DNA of 64,000 nt, taken from positions 7,494 through 71,493 of the forward strand of contig JBKDZP010000007.1 of the NCBI GenBank assembly GCA_047971315.1, written 5' to 3'. The stretch is from Bacilli bacterium (GTDB lineage: Bacteria; Bacillota_I; Bacilli_A; RF39; UBA660). The notes below the pieces were generated by a model, which was given only the letters and a program-made list of their open reading frames with translations, was not told where the DNA came from and ran no database searches. How positions within the stretch are numbered: the first letter of the stretch is position 1; each line of letters opens with the position of its first letter. Positions 31,404 through 41,150 of this stretch are shown in pieces. Position numbers and translations under genes: made by a program.

Positions 31404-31542
31404 CAAAGTAATGAATTCAGACAAATAATAAAATATAAAATCTCACCGGAAAAAGTGAGATTTTATGTAGATTATTTTTAATTATAGACAAACTTTAATA
31501 TATATGCTAAAATAAAACATATTTAAAAATGAGGTGAATTAC

Positions 31543-32964
31543 ATGCAACTACCTAACATGATAGAAGCTAAAAAAAGACAAAATAAAGATGTGATAATAA
31601 AAACAAATGAATATATTGTAAAAGAAAACTTAAAAGATATAGGAAAAGGAAAAAAATATTTTGTTAAAACATATGGATGCCAAATGAATGAACATGATAC
31701 TGAAAATATAAAAGCAATATTACAAGATATGGGATATACTGGAACAGATATTATGGAAGAATCTGATTTGATTTTGTTAAATACTTGTGCAATAAGAGAA
31801 AATGCTCATGATAAAGTATTTGGAATGATAGGTAGAATAAAACACTTAAAAGAATCAAAACCTCATATCATAGCAGGTGTTTGTGGATGTATGGCACAAG
31901 AAGAAGTAGTAGTTAATGAAATATTAAATAAATATAAATGGTTAGATATAGTATTTGGTACTCATAATATTCATAATTTACCAAATATATTATGGAACTC
32001 AATTACAAAAAAAGAACTAGAAATAGAAGTATTTAGTACTGAAGGAGATATTATAGAAAATATTCCAGTAAAAAGGGATAGTAAATATAAAGCTTGGATA
32101 AATATAATGTATGGATGTGATAAGTTTTGTACATATTGTATAGTTCCGTATACTAGAGGAAAACAAAGAAGTAGAACAAGCGATTATATAATAAATGAAG
32201 TAAAACAATTAGCAAAAGATGGGTATAAAGAAGTTACACTACTTGGTCAAAATGTTAATGCTTATGGTAAAGATTTACAATTAAATTACGGTATGGAAAA
32301 TTTACTTCAAGATGTTGCAAATACAGGTATTGATAGAATTAGGTTTGTTACAAGTCATCCTTGGGATTTTTCAGATAAGATGATAGAAGTAATGAAAAAA
32401 AATACTAATATTATGCCGTATATACACTTGCCACTTCAAAGTGGATCTAATTCAATATTAAAATTAATGGGAAGAAGATACACAAAAGAATTATATTTAA
32501 AATTATATAATAAGTTAAAACAAGAAATTCCAAACTGTTCAATAACAACAGACATTATTGTTGGATTTCCAAATGAAACTGAACAAGATTTTAAAGATAC
32601 ACTAGATGTAGTAGATGAATGTAAATTTGATTCAGCATTCACATTCCTATTTTCACCAAGAGTTGGAACACCTGCTGCTAAAATGGAAGATAATGTATCA
32701 TTAGAAATAAAAAATAAAAGACTACAAGAATTAAATAAAAAAATTAATGAATATGCTAGAATTGCCAATGAAAAATATCAAGATGAAATAGTTAAGGTTT
32801 TAATAGAAGATGTAAGTGAGAAAAACAATAATATGTTAGTTGGATTTACAGAAACTATGAAACTAGTTAATGTAGAAGCCAACAAGGAAAACATTGGTAA
32901 CATTGTTAATGTAAAAATAAATAATGTAAAAACTTGGAGCATGGATGGAAAAATTGTAGAATAA
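31543..32964 (+). CDS. miaB: tRNA-2-methylthio-N6-dimethylallyladenosine synthase MiaB
   Basis: FVKTYGCQMNEHDTE (UPF0004 domain), radical SAM CDKFCTYCIVP, C-terminal TRAM domain. GAGGTGA RBS before ATG 31543. Confidence 0.9.
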   Translation: MQLPNMIEAKKRQNKDVIIKTNEYIVKENLKDIGKGKKYFVKTYGCQMNEHDTENIKAILQDMGYTGTDIMEESDLILLNTCAIRENAHDKVFGMIGRIKHLKESKPHIIAGVCGCMAQEEVVVNEILNKYKWLDIVFGTHNIHNLPNILWNSITKKELEIEVFSTEGDIIENIPVKRDSKYKAWINIMYGCDKFCTYCIVPYTRGKQRSRTSDYIINEVKQLAKDGYKEVTLLGQNVNAYGKDLQLNYGMENLLQDVANTGIDRIRFVTSHPWDFSDKMIEVMKKNTNIMPYIHLPLQSGSNSILKLMGRRYTKELYLKLYNKLKQEIPNCSITTDIIVGFPNETEQDFKDTLDVVDECKFDSAFTFLFSPRVGTPAAKMEDNVSLEIKNKRLQELNKKINEYARIANEKYQDEIVKVLIEDVSEKNNNMLVGFTETMKLVNVEANKENIGNIVNVKINNVKTWSMDGKIVE

Positions 32965-32999
32965 AAAAATTATAAAATAATTAAAAGGAAGTATGAAGT

Positions 33000-33488
33000 A
33001 TGAAAAAAAATGTGAATGAAAATAAAGTAATAATAGTTGATGCAGGCATATTAATGCCTTATGAATTAGAAATATTAGATGATTTAAGTACAATTGATTA
33101 TAATCAAATAACTGAAAATCTTATTGAATTTTATAAAAACTATAAAGTATTAAACAAAGCTGGAATCTATTTTTTAGGAACCAAAGAAGAAAGAAATAAT
33201 TTTGATAAAGGATTATCTTATTTTTCAAAAAAAATAAATAAATTTACTAATATAGATAACTTAGGAGATAGTTTAGAAATTAAAATAATAAATGCAATAG
33301 AGTTAATATCAAAAAAAGAAGAAATTAATGATATATCAAATATTATTTATATAAGTAACAAAGAAGATAGAATATGTGTAGCTAATAATATTGGTGTTAC
33401 AACATTATACAACACTGGATATGAAAATTTAGTTAATCCTGAAAATGAACATTCAAAAGTAAAAATCTTAGAAGGATTTTATTATTAA
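33000..33488 (+). CDS. Hypothetical protein
   Basis: 162 aa ORF between miaB and mutL. No family recognised. Confidence 0.35.
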   Translation: MKKNVNENKVIIVDAGILMPYELEILDDLSTIDYNQITENLIEFYKNYKVLNKAGIYFLGTKEERNNFDKGLSYFSKKINKFTNIDNLGDSLEIKIINAIELISKKEEINDISNIIYISNKEDRICVANNIGVTTLYNTGYENLVNPENEHSKVKILEGFYY

Positions 33489-33552
33489 GAAACACTAATT
33501 AGTGTTTTTTTCTATAATTTTTGTTATAATTAAATTAGAAAAAGGTGGTAAA

Positions 33553-35328
33553 ATGTCAAAAATAAAAGTAATGGACGAATTACTAGCAAATAAAATAGCA
33601 GCTGGAGAAGTAGTAGAAAGATGTGCAAGTGTAGTTAAAGAATTAGTTGAAAATAGTATTGATGCAGCTTCAAGTGAGATTACAATTGATTTAATAGAAG
33701 CAGGAACAACTCAAATAAAAGTAATAGATAATGGAAATGGTATGGATAGAGAAGATGCAGTACTTGCTTTTGAACGTCATGCTACAAGTAAATTAAAAAC
33801 AGAATTTGATTTATTTCATATTCATACTCTAGGTTTTAGAGGTGAAGCCTTAGCTAGTATTGCAAGTGTAAGTCAAATTGAATTACAAACATGCAGTGAG
33901 GCTATAGGAACATTAGTAAAAATAGAAGGTGGTATTTTAAAAGAAGTAAATGATGCTCAATCAAGAAAAGGAACATCAATTACAATAAGCAATCTTTTTT
34001 ATAATACTCCAGCTAGACTAAAACATATGAAAAGTTTATATACTGAACTTGCGAGTATAACAGATTATGTAAATAAAATATCCTTATCACACCCTAATAT
34101 CAGATTTATACTTACAAATAATAATACAATTTTACTTAATACCGATGGAAGTAATCAATTATTAAAAACTATAAAATCAATATTTGGAATAGAAGTAGCA
34201 AAAAAAATGATTGAAGTAGAAGCAAATGATGATGATTATAATATAAAAGGATATATATCACTACCAGAAGTACATAGATCAAACAGGAATAATCTTATTA
34301 TTTTAGTAAACGGAAGAGTAGTAAGAAATGCTGAAGTAAATAGAATAATAAACGATAGTTATCACTCTTATAAACCAGATAATCGCTTTCCTATTATTGT
34401 ATTAAATATTGAAGTTGATTCAAGTTTAATTGATGTAAATATTCATCCTACAAAAATGGATATTAAATTTTCCAAAATAGATGGATTACTAATTTTAATT
34501 GAAAAAATGATTAAAACTAAATTAAAAAATATTAATTTAATTCCAAAAATAGAAATACCAGTAATTAGTACAAATATAGAAAAAGAAAAATATGAAGAAC
34601 AAATTTTAAATTTTGATGAAATAAAAGAAGAAGTCCCAATCTACACAAAATATAATAATGAAGAAATTGATTTTGTTTTAGAAACTAAAGGGACAATAGA
34701 ACAACTTTTCAATTTTGAAAAACATAAAACTGAAAGCTCAAATATGCCACAAATGTATCCAATTGGATTAGTCCATGGTACATATATAATTTGTCAAAAT
34801 GAATTAGGAATGTATTTAGTAGATCAACATGCAGCTAAAGAACGTATTAATTATGAGTTTTATAAAACTAAATTAGGAAATCCTAATAATTCAAGTATTA
34901 AATTATTAATACCTTTAGTAATTGAATTATCTAATAAGGAATTCATTATTATGAAAGAAAAAATGACCTCTTTAAAAAAATTAAACTTTGAAGTTGAGGA
35001 ATTTGGTGTAAATTCAATTGTTATAAAATCCCATCCAACATGGTTACCTAAAGATTTTGAAGAAAAAGCTATTAATAAAATAGTTGAATCAATTATAAAT
35101 TTCGATACTGACTTTAGTATTGAAAAGTTTAATGAAAATATAGCAACTATGATGAGTTGTAAACTTGCAATAAAGGCAAATCAGAACATTACAATTGAAG
35201 AAATGACCCATTTAATTAATGAATTAAGAACTTGTCAAAATCCATTCAATTGTCCTCATGGTAGACCAACAATAATCTTTTATTCTAAACTTGATTTAGA
35301 AAAATTATTTAAACGAAGTGGTTTTTAA
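33553..35328 (+). CDS. mutL: DNA mismatch repair protein MutL
   Basis: GHKL ATPase motifs (ELVENSIDA, DNGNGM, GFRGEALASI) and C-terminal dimerisation region. Start at the ATG preceded by an AAAGGTGG RBS. Confidence 0.9.
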   Translation: MSKIKVMDELLANKIAAGEVVERCASVVKELVENSIDAASSEITIDLIEAGTTQIKVIDNGNGMDREDAVLAFERHATSKLKTEFDLFHIHTLGFRGEALASIASVSQIELQTCSEAIGTLVKIEGGILKEVNDAQSRKGTSITISNLFYNTPARLKHMKSLYTELASITDYVNKISLSHPNIRFILTNNNTILLNTDGSNQLLKTIKSIFGIEVAKKMIEVEANDDDYNIKGYISLPEVHRSNRNNLIILVNGRVVRNAEVNRIINDSYHSYKPDNRFPIIVLNIEVDSSLIDVNIHPTKMDIKFSKIDGLLILIEKMIKTKLKNINLIPKIEIPVISTNIEKEKYEEQILNFDEIKEEVPIYTKYNNEEIDFVLETKGTIEQLFNFEKHKTESSNMPQMYPIGLVHGTYIICQNELGMYLVDQHAAKERINYEFYKTKLGNPNNSSIKLLIPLVIELSNKEFIIMKEKMTSLKKLNFEVEEFGVNSIVIKSHPTWLPKDFEEKAINKIVESIINFDTDFSIEKFNENIATMMSCKLAIKANQNITIEEMTHLINELRTCQNPFNCPHGRPTIIFYSKLDLEKLFKRSGF

Positions 35329-35414
35329 ATCATTTTTTTAAATTTATTATTTTTTCACATTAATTTCACTTTAAAATTTTATAATTTAAACATACTAAAA
35401 AAGGAGATGAAATT

Positions 35415-36611
35415 ATGAAATGTCCAAAATGTGAATGGAATGGAACAAAAAAAGATATCTACTGCGAAAAATGTGGTAAAAAATTAGTTAAAACATCAAA
35501 GACATTAGGTAAAAAAGTAAAAGAAAAAATATCAACAATTCCTACAAATAAAAAAAGAAAATTTATTATATTATGTATTTGTATATTTGTAATTATAGGA
35601 ATATTAGAATTATTTGCATATTTTAATAGTCCAAAATTTATTGCTACAAAATATTTTAAAGCATTAATAGCAAATGATACAAAAGAAATATATGAATACC
35701 TAGAAACTAGTGCATCAACATTTGTAACTGAAAACTTACTTACTGAAAAAATAGAAACTCTTGGAGCTGTATCTAGTTATTCTGTAAATAATATTCAACA
35801 ATCTAATAATAGTGCAATTGTAACTTTTGTCTATACATTAGAAAATAGTAGTAGAGAATATGTCGCAACTGTTAGTTTAACTAAATCAAGTAAAAATCAC
35901 TATTTAATTTTTGATAATTGGACAATAAATAGTGGAAAATTAGTAGAAAATATTAATATTAAATTACCAAAAAATTCAAAAGTAACGATAGATTCAATAT
36001 CATTAGATAATTATTTAAGTTCTAAATATTCAAATGATTACTATGATGTTTATGTAATACCTACAATGATAAAGGGGGATTATAAAATACAAATTACTCT
36101 TGAAAGTGGAATAGTTAGTGAAGATAATATAAGTATTGAATCAAATACAACATATACGCTAGGTAACATTACACTAGATGATAATTTAGAAGAATCATTA
36201 TCATCAAAAGTTATAAATTCATTAAATAATTTATATATAGCTGCTTTAAATAGCAAAAATTTTAGTGAAATTTCAAGTGAATATTTTTATGAAAATAGTA
36301 ATTTAGATGATTTAGAAAGCAGTTATAAATCATTAAAAAAACATATAACTAATTCAATGGTAGATTTAAAATCAATTAATTTTACAAATGCAGATATTGA
36401 ATCAGTAATATTAAACAATACAGGAAAATTACAAATAGTTTTAACAGTTACTTATAACTATACTTCATCATATACAAATGATTCTGAAACTATTGAATAT
36501 AGTGGAAATGATATAGATACAAAAGTTGTAGTTTTATTTGATTATAGTAATGAAGAGTATCAAATTTATGATTATAGCAGTTTATATGTTAGTTATCCAG
36601 TTAAAAAATAA
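35415..36611 (+). CDS. Zinc-ribbon-anchored membrane protein with large extracytoplasmic domain
   Basis: N-terminal CPKCEWNG...CEKCGKK zinc ribbon, single TM (FIILCICIFVIIGILELFAYF), ~330 aa Ser/Asn-rich external domain. Confidence 0.5.
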   Translation: MKCPKCEWNGTKKDIYCEKCGKKLVKTSKTLGKKVKEKISTIPTNKKRKFIILCICIFVIIGILELFAYFNSPKFIATKYFKALIANDTKEIYEYLETSASTFVTENLLTEKIETLGAVSSYSVNNIQQSNNSAIVTFVYTLENSSREYVATVSLTKSSKNHYLIFDNWTINSGKLVENINIKLPKNSKVTIDSISLDNYLSSKYSNDYYDVYVIPTMIKGDYKIQITLESGIVSEDNISIESNTTYTLGNITLDDNLEESLSSKVINSLNNLYIAALNSKNFSEISSEYFYENSNLDDLESSYKSLKKHITNSMVDLKSINFTNADIESVILNNTGKLQIVLTVTYNYTSSYTNDSETIEYSGNDIDTKVVVLFDYSNEEYQIYDYSSLYVSYPVKK

Positions 36612-36663
36612 TTTAATTTTATAAAAATTCAATAAAATATTTAATAAATTAAAGGAGGAATAT

Positions 36664-37347
36664 ATGAAAAAATATTGTACAAATTGTGGTGAAGAAATAA
36701 ATAAAGAAATTTGTGATTGCAAAAAAAATATAGAAGAAAATAATAAAAATACAGTATTAAATTATGTATCTACATCTATTAATTCAATATTTGAAATGAT
36801 TAAAAGACCAACTAAAACAATGAAAAACTTTGTAAATGATAAAAATTATTCTTTAGGATTAATAATAATATCAATATATTCAATAATAAATGGATTATTA
36901 CTTTTAATAATTTCAAATAAAATATGTAATGCTTATAGACCATTTTTTAGAAGAAATTATTATATGTATTCAAATGATTTATCTAAATATTCAATTTGTT
37001 TAATATTATTAACATTTGTAGCAGTCATATTATTCGCATGTCTTTTATACTTTATTTTAAAAAAATTATTTAATTATAAAGTTTCATTTAAAAATACTTT
37101 ATCATTAGTCGCAATTTCTTCAAGTTTTGATATAATAGGTGGAGTAGTAAGTATTATATTAGTTTCTATTTCTATGCCATTAGTAATTTTTTTGATGATA
37201 ATCACAAAAATATTATTTTTAATAAATGTATATGATGGTATGGATAACTTAAAAGAAGAAATTAATAAAGATACCAAAGGATATATTATAGTATCTACAT
37301 TTATATTTGAAATTTTAGTATTCTTAGTATTTTCATTATTTATATAG
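36664..37347 (+). CDS. Zinc-ribbon protein with polytopic (Yip1-like) membrane domain
   Basis: N-terminal CTNCGEEINKEICDC zinc ribbon followed by 4-5 TM helices. AAGGAGG RBS. Confidence 0.5.
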   Translation: MKKYCTNCGEEINKEICDCKKNIEENNKNTVLNYVSTSINSIFEMIKRPTKTMKNFVNDKNYSLGLIIISIYSIINGLLLLIISNKICNAYRPFFRRNYYMYSNDLSKYSICLILLTFVAVILFACLLYFILKKLFNYKVSFKNTLSLVAISSSFDIIGGVVSIILVSISMPLVIFLMIITKILFLINVYDGMDNLKEEINKDTKGYIIVSTFIFEILVFLVFSLFI

Positions 37348-37425
37348 TACATATAGACTAATTCATTTATTTTTGATATAATGATTTTAGTCTTTTATTA
37401 TGTAAAAAAGAAAGGAGAAAAGAAA

Positions 37426-39072
37426 TTGAGTAAAATAAAAATATTTGGTCTTGGTGGACTAAATGAAAACGGAAAAAATATGTATGTTGTAGAAGTTGAT
37501 AATGATATATTTGTTTTAGAAGCAGGATTAAAATATGCAGATGATAAAATGTTAGGAATTGATTATATTATTCCAAATTACGACTATATTAAGCAAAACA
37601 AAGAGAGAATAAAAGGGATATTTATATCTCATGGACATGATAGTCAAATGGGGGCATTACCTGATATATTAGAAGAATTACCGGATTTACCTATATATGG
37701 AACAGCTTTTACAAATGAAATAATTTCAAAAGAATTAGAAATTGAAGGTATAAAAGCAACTAACTTAAATGTTATAAAACCACATATTAGAATTAATTTT
37801 GGAAAAGTTTCAATATTTCCAATTTCACTTACACATTCGGTTCCTGGTTCTGTAGGTTATGTTATTAATACAGAAAACGGAGCAATTGTATATACAAGTA
37901 ACTTTGTATTTGATCCAACAATGCAAGGTGAGTATAGTATGGATATTGGTAAACTAGCATATGTTGGAAAACAAGGTGTTTTATGTTTAATGAGTGAGTC
38001 ACTTTATGCGGATAAATCAGGATTTACATCTCCAAATAATAGAACTACACCATTAATTAAAGAATTATTACATAAAACAGATGGGAGAATTTTATTTAAT
38101 GTTTTTCAAGCGCATGTACATAGAATACAAGAATTATTTGCTGAAATTATGACAACTGATAGAAAAGTAGTTGTTATGGGAAAAAAATTAGAAAGCATGC
38201 TTACAAAAGCAATTGATTCTAACATTGTTGATTTTGATAAAAACAGATTATGTTCAATACATCATGTTAATGATGAAGGAATAGTTGTTTTAATTTCTGA
38301 TGAAAGAGAAAAACCATTTTCTAATATAACAAGAATTGTAAAAGGATACGATAAATTTATAAAATTATCTGAAGATGATACAGTAGTATTCGCATCACCT
38401 GTATATGATGGTATGGAAAAAAGTTCATCAAAAATACATGATAGTATTTCCAAAATAGGTTCTAAACTTGTTATTCTTTCTAGTAAAAAATATTTAGGTA
38501 ATCACGCATCTAGTGAAGATTTAATGATGATGATTAATCTGATGAATCCAAAATATTACTTTCCAGTAATTGGCGAATTTAGACATCAAGTAGCAAATTC
38601 TAGTGCTGCAAAAAAAGCTGGTATTATGGAACAAAATATTTTACTAAGATTAAACGGTGAAGTAGCACAATTCGAAAATGGAGAGCTAGCTAAAGCTGAT
38701 GAAAAAATTAAAGTAGATGATATTTTAGTTGATGGAAAACAAGCAGGTGATATTGGAGAATTAGTATTAAAAGATAGAGAACTTTTAAGCGGGAACGGTA
38801 TTGTAATAGTGAGTGCTACATTAAGTAGATCTACAAAACAAGTTCTAGCTGGTCCTGAAATATTAACAAGAGGATTCATATATGTAAAAGATAATACTGA
38901 TTTAATAAAAGAAGCTGAAAAAATTTCATTAGCTGTAATTGAAGAAAATACAAAACCAAATTATGTTGATTTTAATAAAATCAAATCAGGTATTCGTGAT
39001 AAATTAGGTAAGTATTTATATCATGAAACAGAATGTAAACCTATGATTTTAATAGTAATGCAAGAAGTATAG
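37426..39072 (+). CDS. rnj: Ribonuclease J (metallo-beta-lactamase/beta-CASP RNase)
   Basis: TTG start after an AAAGGAG RBS (N-terminus SKIKIFGLGGLNENGKNMYVVEVDNDIFVLEAG is the RNase J signature). Beta-CASP and C-terminal domain are present. Motif II reads HGHDSQ instead of HxHxDH. Confidence 0.8.
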   Translation: MSKIKIFGLGGLNENGKNMYVVEVDNDIFVLEAGLKYADDKMLGIDYIIPNYDYIKQNKERIKGIFISHGHDSQMGALPDILEELPDLPIYGTAFTNEIISKELEIEGIKATNLNVIKPHIRINFGKVSIFPISLTHSVPGSVGYVINTENGAIVYTSNFVFDPTMQGEYSMDIGKLAYVGKQGVLCLMSESLYADKSGFTSPNNRTTPLIKELLHKTDGRILFNVFQAHVHRIQELFAEIMTTDRKVVVMGKKLESMLTKAIDSNIVDFDKNRLCSIHHVNDEGIVVLISDEREKPFSNITRIVKGYDKFIKLSEDDTVVFASPVYDGMEKSSSKIHDSISKIGSKLVILSSKKYLGNHASSEDLMMMINLMNPKYYFPVIGEFRHQVANSSAAKKAGIMEQNILLRLNGEVAQFENGELAKADEKIKVDDILVDGKQAGDIGELVLKDRELLSGNGIVIVSATLSRSTKQVLAGPEILTRGFIYVKDNTDLIKEAEKISLAVIEENTKPNYVDFNKIKSGIRDKLGKYLYHETECKPMILIVMQEV

Positions 39073-39206
39073 CATTACTTTTTTTTAAGTATTTCAAATA
39101 AAGTACAAATTTCTACAAAATTGTATAAATCTATTGTAATATAAAAAGAATTTGTGATACTATTATATAGTAACCAAGAGTAGTTATAAAAGTAAAAATT
39201 ATGTGA

Positions 39207-39256
39207 TTAAAATACTATTTATAGAGGTTATTAATAATCTATAAATAGTATTTTAA
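39207..39256. promoter_or_regulatory. Perfect 18-bp inverted repeat (TTAAAATACTATTTATAG-N14-CTATAAATAGTATTTTAA) upstream of the ABC exporter gene
   Basis: Exact reverse complement arms, read directly. Lies 20 nt before the RBS and ATG at 39278. Confidence 0.5.
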
Positions 39257-39277
39257 TAAAAAAGAAGGAAGATTTAA

Positions 39278-40981
39278 ATGAATAATGTAGAAGGTCTAAC
39301 AAAACAAATTTTAAAAGAATCAAAAAAAGAAATTATAGATAAAGTTATTATTTCAATTATAAATAGAGGATTACTACTAGTAATTCCAATTATTTATAGT
39401 ACACTTATTGATCAAACAACCCTAAAAAACTTTGATATAGTTGTATACTATATCATTGCTTTAGCTTTATTTTCAATACTTTACTATATATCTGATGCAA
39501 TAAATATGATAATTTTTAATAAATTGTATAGAAAAATATATCATAAATTTGTAATGAAAGCATATGACAGTACAATGAATAATTCACTATATAGTCTCTC
39601 TAGATTTTCTTTAGGAGAATATTCTAATATTTTAAGAGACGATGTAGTAGTAATGTCAGCATATTTTTCAAATTTCATTATGTGGATGGTTAAATTAGCT
39701 GAATTAATTTTCATCTTTGGATATTTTTTCATCATAAATAAAAACATATTTATTTCTACATTAATAATATTTATATTAATGATAATTTATTTAAAAATAG
39801 GTGGTAAAAAAACTCAGATTTATAATGATGATAGAAAACAAAAATTAGATAAAAATAGTGCAATTGTAATAGAAACATTCAATGGAATAAAAGAAATAAA
39901 AGGATTTTATATTTTTGAACAAATAAAACAAAAAATCGATAAAACTTGTAGTGAATTTCTAAAGTCAGACTCAAAATATAGTAATTATGGTAATAATGCT
40001 AAAAATGTAGTTCTAATTTGGACAGAAATAGTTAGAATAATCCTTGTTGGCTATGGAATTTATCTATTTTCAGTAGGTAAAATGGAATTAGGAGTAATAC
40101 TTCTAATATATACATATTATAGTAAAATACTAGATAATTTCACAATACTTTCAACAATAAGTGTTGAAAGAAAAAATCTAAGAGTATCACAAAATAGATT
40201 TAATAAATTACTAATATATCAAAAAACAAATGAATTAAATTACTATCCAAAAAAAGATTATCAAGGAAGTATAAAATTTGAAGAAGTTTTATATGGTAAT
40301 AAACAAGATCCAATTTTAAACTGTATCTCATTTAAAATACCATCTAATAGTTACACAGTAATTACTGGAAAATTTGGTAGTGGTAAAACTGGAATATTTG
40401 ATTTATTACTTAAACTAAATAGACAACATAACGGTAAAATAACAATTGATGATAATGAAATTGAACTAATTGATGATCTTACATATTATAATTTAATATC
40501 GTCAGTTAGAAAAAGACCAACATTTTTTGATGCAAGTATAATAGAAAATCTTCAAATGGTTGAAAACAATGAAGAAAAAATATTTGAAATATGTAGAATG
40601 CTTAAAATTCATGATGATATATTACGACTTTCGGATGATTATAACACCAACATTAACAGCAAAACAGAAAAAATATCAGATCAACTAAAACATATGTTAG
40701 CAATTTCTAGAGTACTTATAAAAGATTCTAAAATAATGTTATTTGATGAAACAATTAGTGGACTAGATAATGAAAATCAAAAAAATGTTCTAAATATTTT
40801 AAATAATCTTAAAGAAAATCATACTATTATTATAATTACTAGAGAAAAAGAAATAATGAAAAAAGCTGATAAAATAATTGTTGTTGATGAAAATATAATT
40901 GCAGAAGAAGGAACATATAAATCATTAATGAGAAAAAAAGGAATTTATTTCAATTTATTTGGAGTTGATATAGAACTTTAA
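39278..40981 (+). CDS. ABC exporter, fused permease-ATPase (degenerate signature motif)
   Basis: 6-helix TMD plus NBD with Walker A GKFGSGKT and Walker B IMLFDETISGLD. The LSGGQ position reads KISDQ. Confidence 0.75.
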   Translation: MNNVEGLTKQILKESKKEIIDKVIISIINRGLLLVIPIIYSTLIDQTTLKNFDIVVYYIIALALFSILYYISDAINMIIFNKLYRKIYHKFVMKAYDSTMNNSLYSLSRFSLGEYSNILRDDVVVMSAYFSNFIMWMVKLAELIFIFGYFFIINKNIFISTLIIFILMIIYLKIGGKKTQIYNDDRKQKLDKNSAIVIETFNGIKEIKGFYIFEQIKQKIDKTCSEFLKSDSKYSNYGNNAKNVVLIWTEIVRIILVGYGIYLFSVGKMELGVILLIYTYYSKILDNFTILSTISVERKNLRVSQNRFNKLLIYQKTNELNYYPKKDYQGSIKFEEVLYGNKQDPILNCISFKIPSNSYTVITGKFGSGKTGIFDLLLKLNRQHNGKITIDDNEIELIDDLTYYNLISSVRKRPTFFDASIIENLQMVENNEEKIFEICRMLKIHDDILRLSDDYNTNINSKTEKISDQLKHMLAISRVLIKDSKIMLFDETISGLDNENQKNVLNILNNLKENHTIIIITREKEIMKKADKIIVVDENIIAEEGTYKSLMRKKGIYFNLFGVDIEL

Positions 40982-41150
40982 GTCTAAAAAAACCAAAAAA
41001 ACATATATATTTGTTGTAATATATTAAAAATATATGATATAATATTTTTGGCTTTTTCAAATACACACATTACGGATTTTTATGCCTAGTGCCGCTTGGT
41101 GGTATAAAAAGAAGATGTAATGGAGGAAATAACAAAAGGAGGAGATTAAT

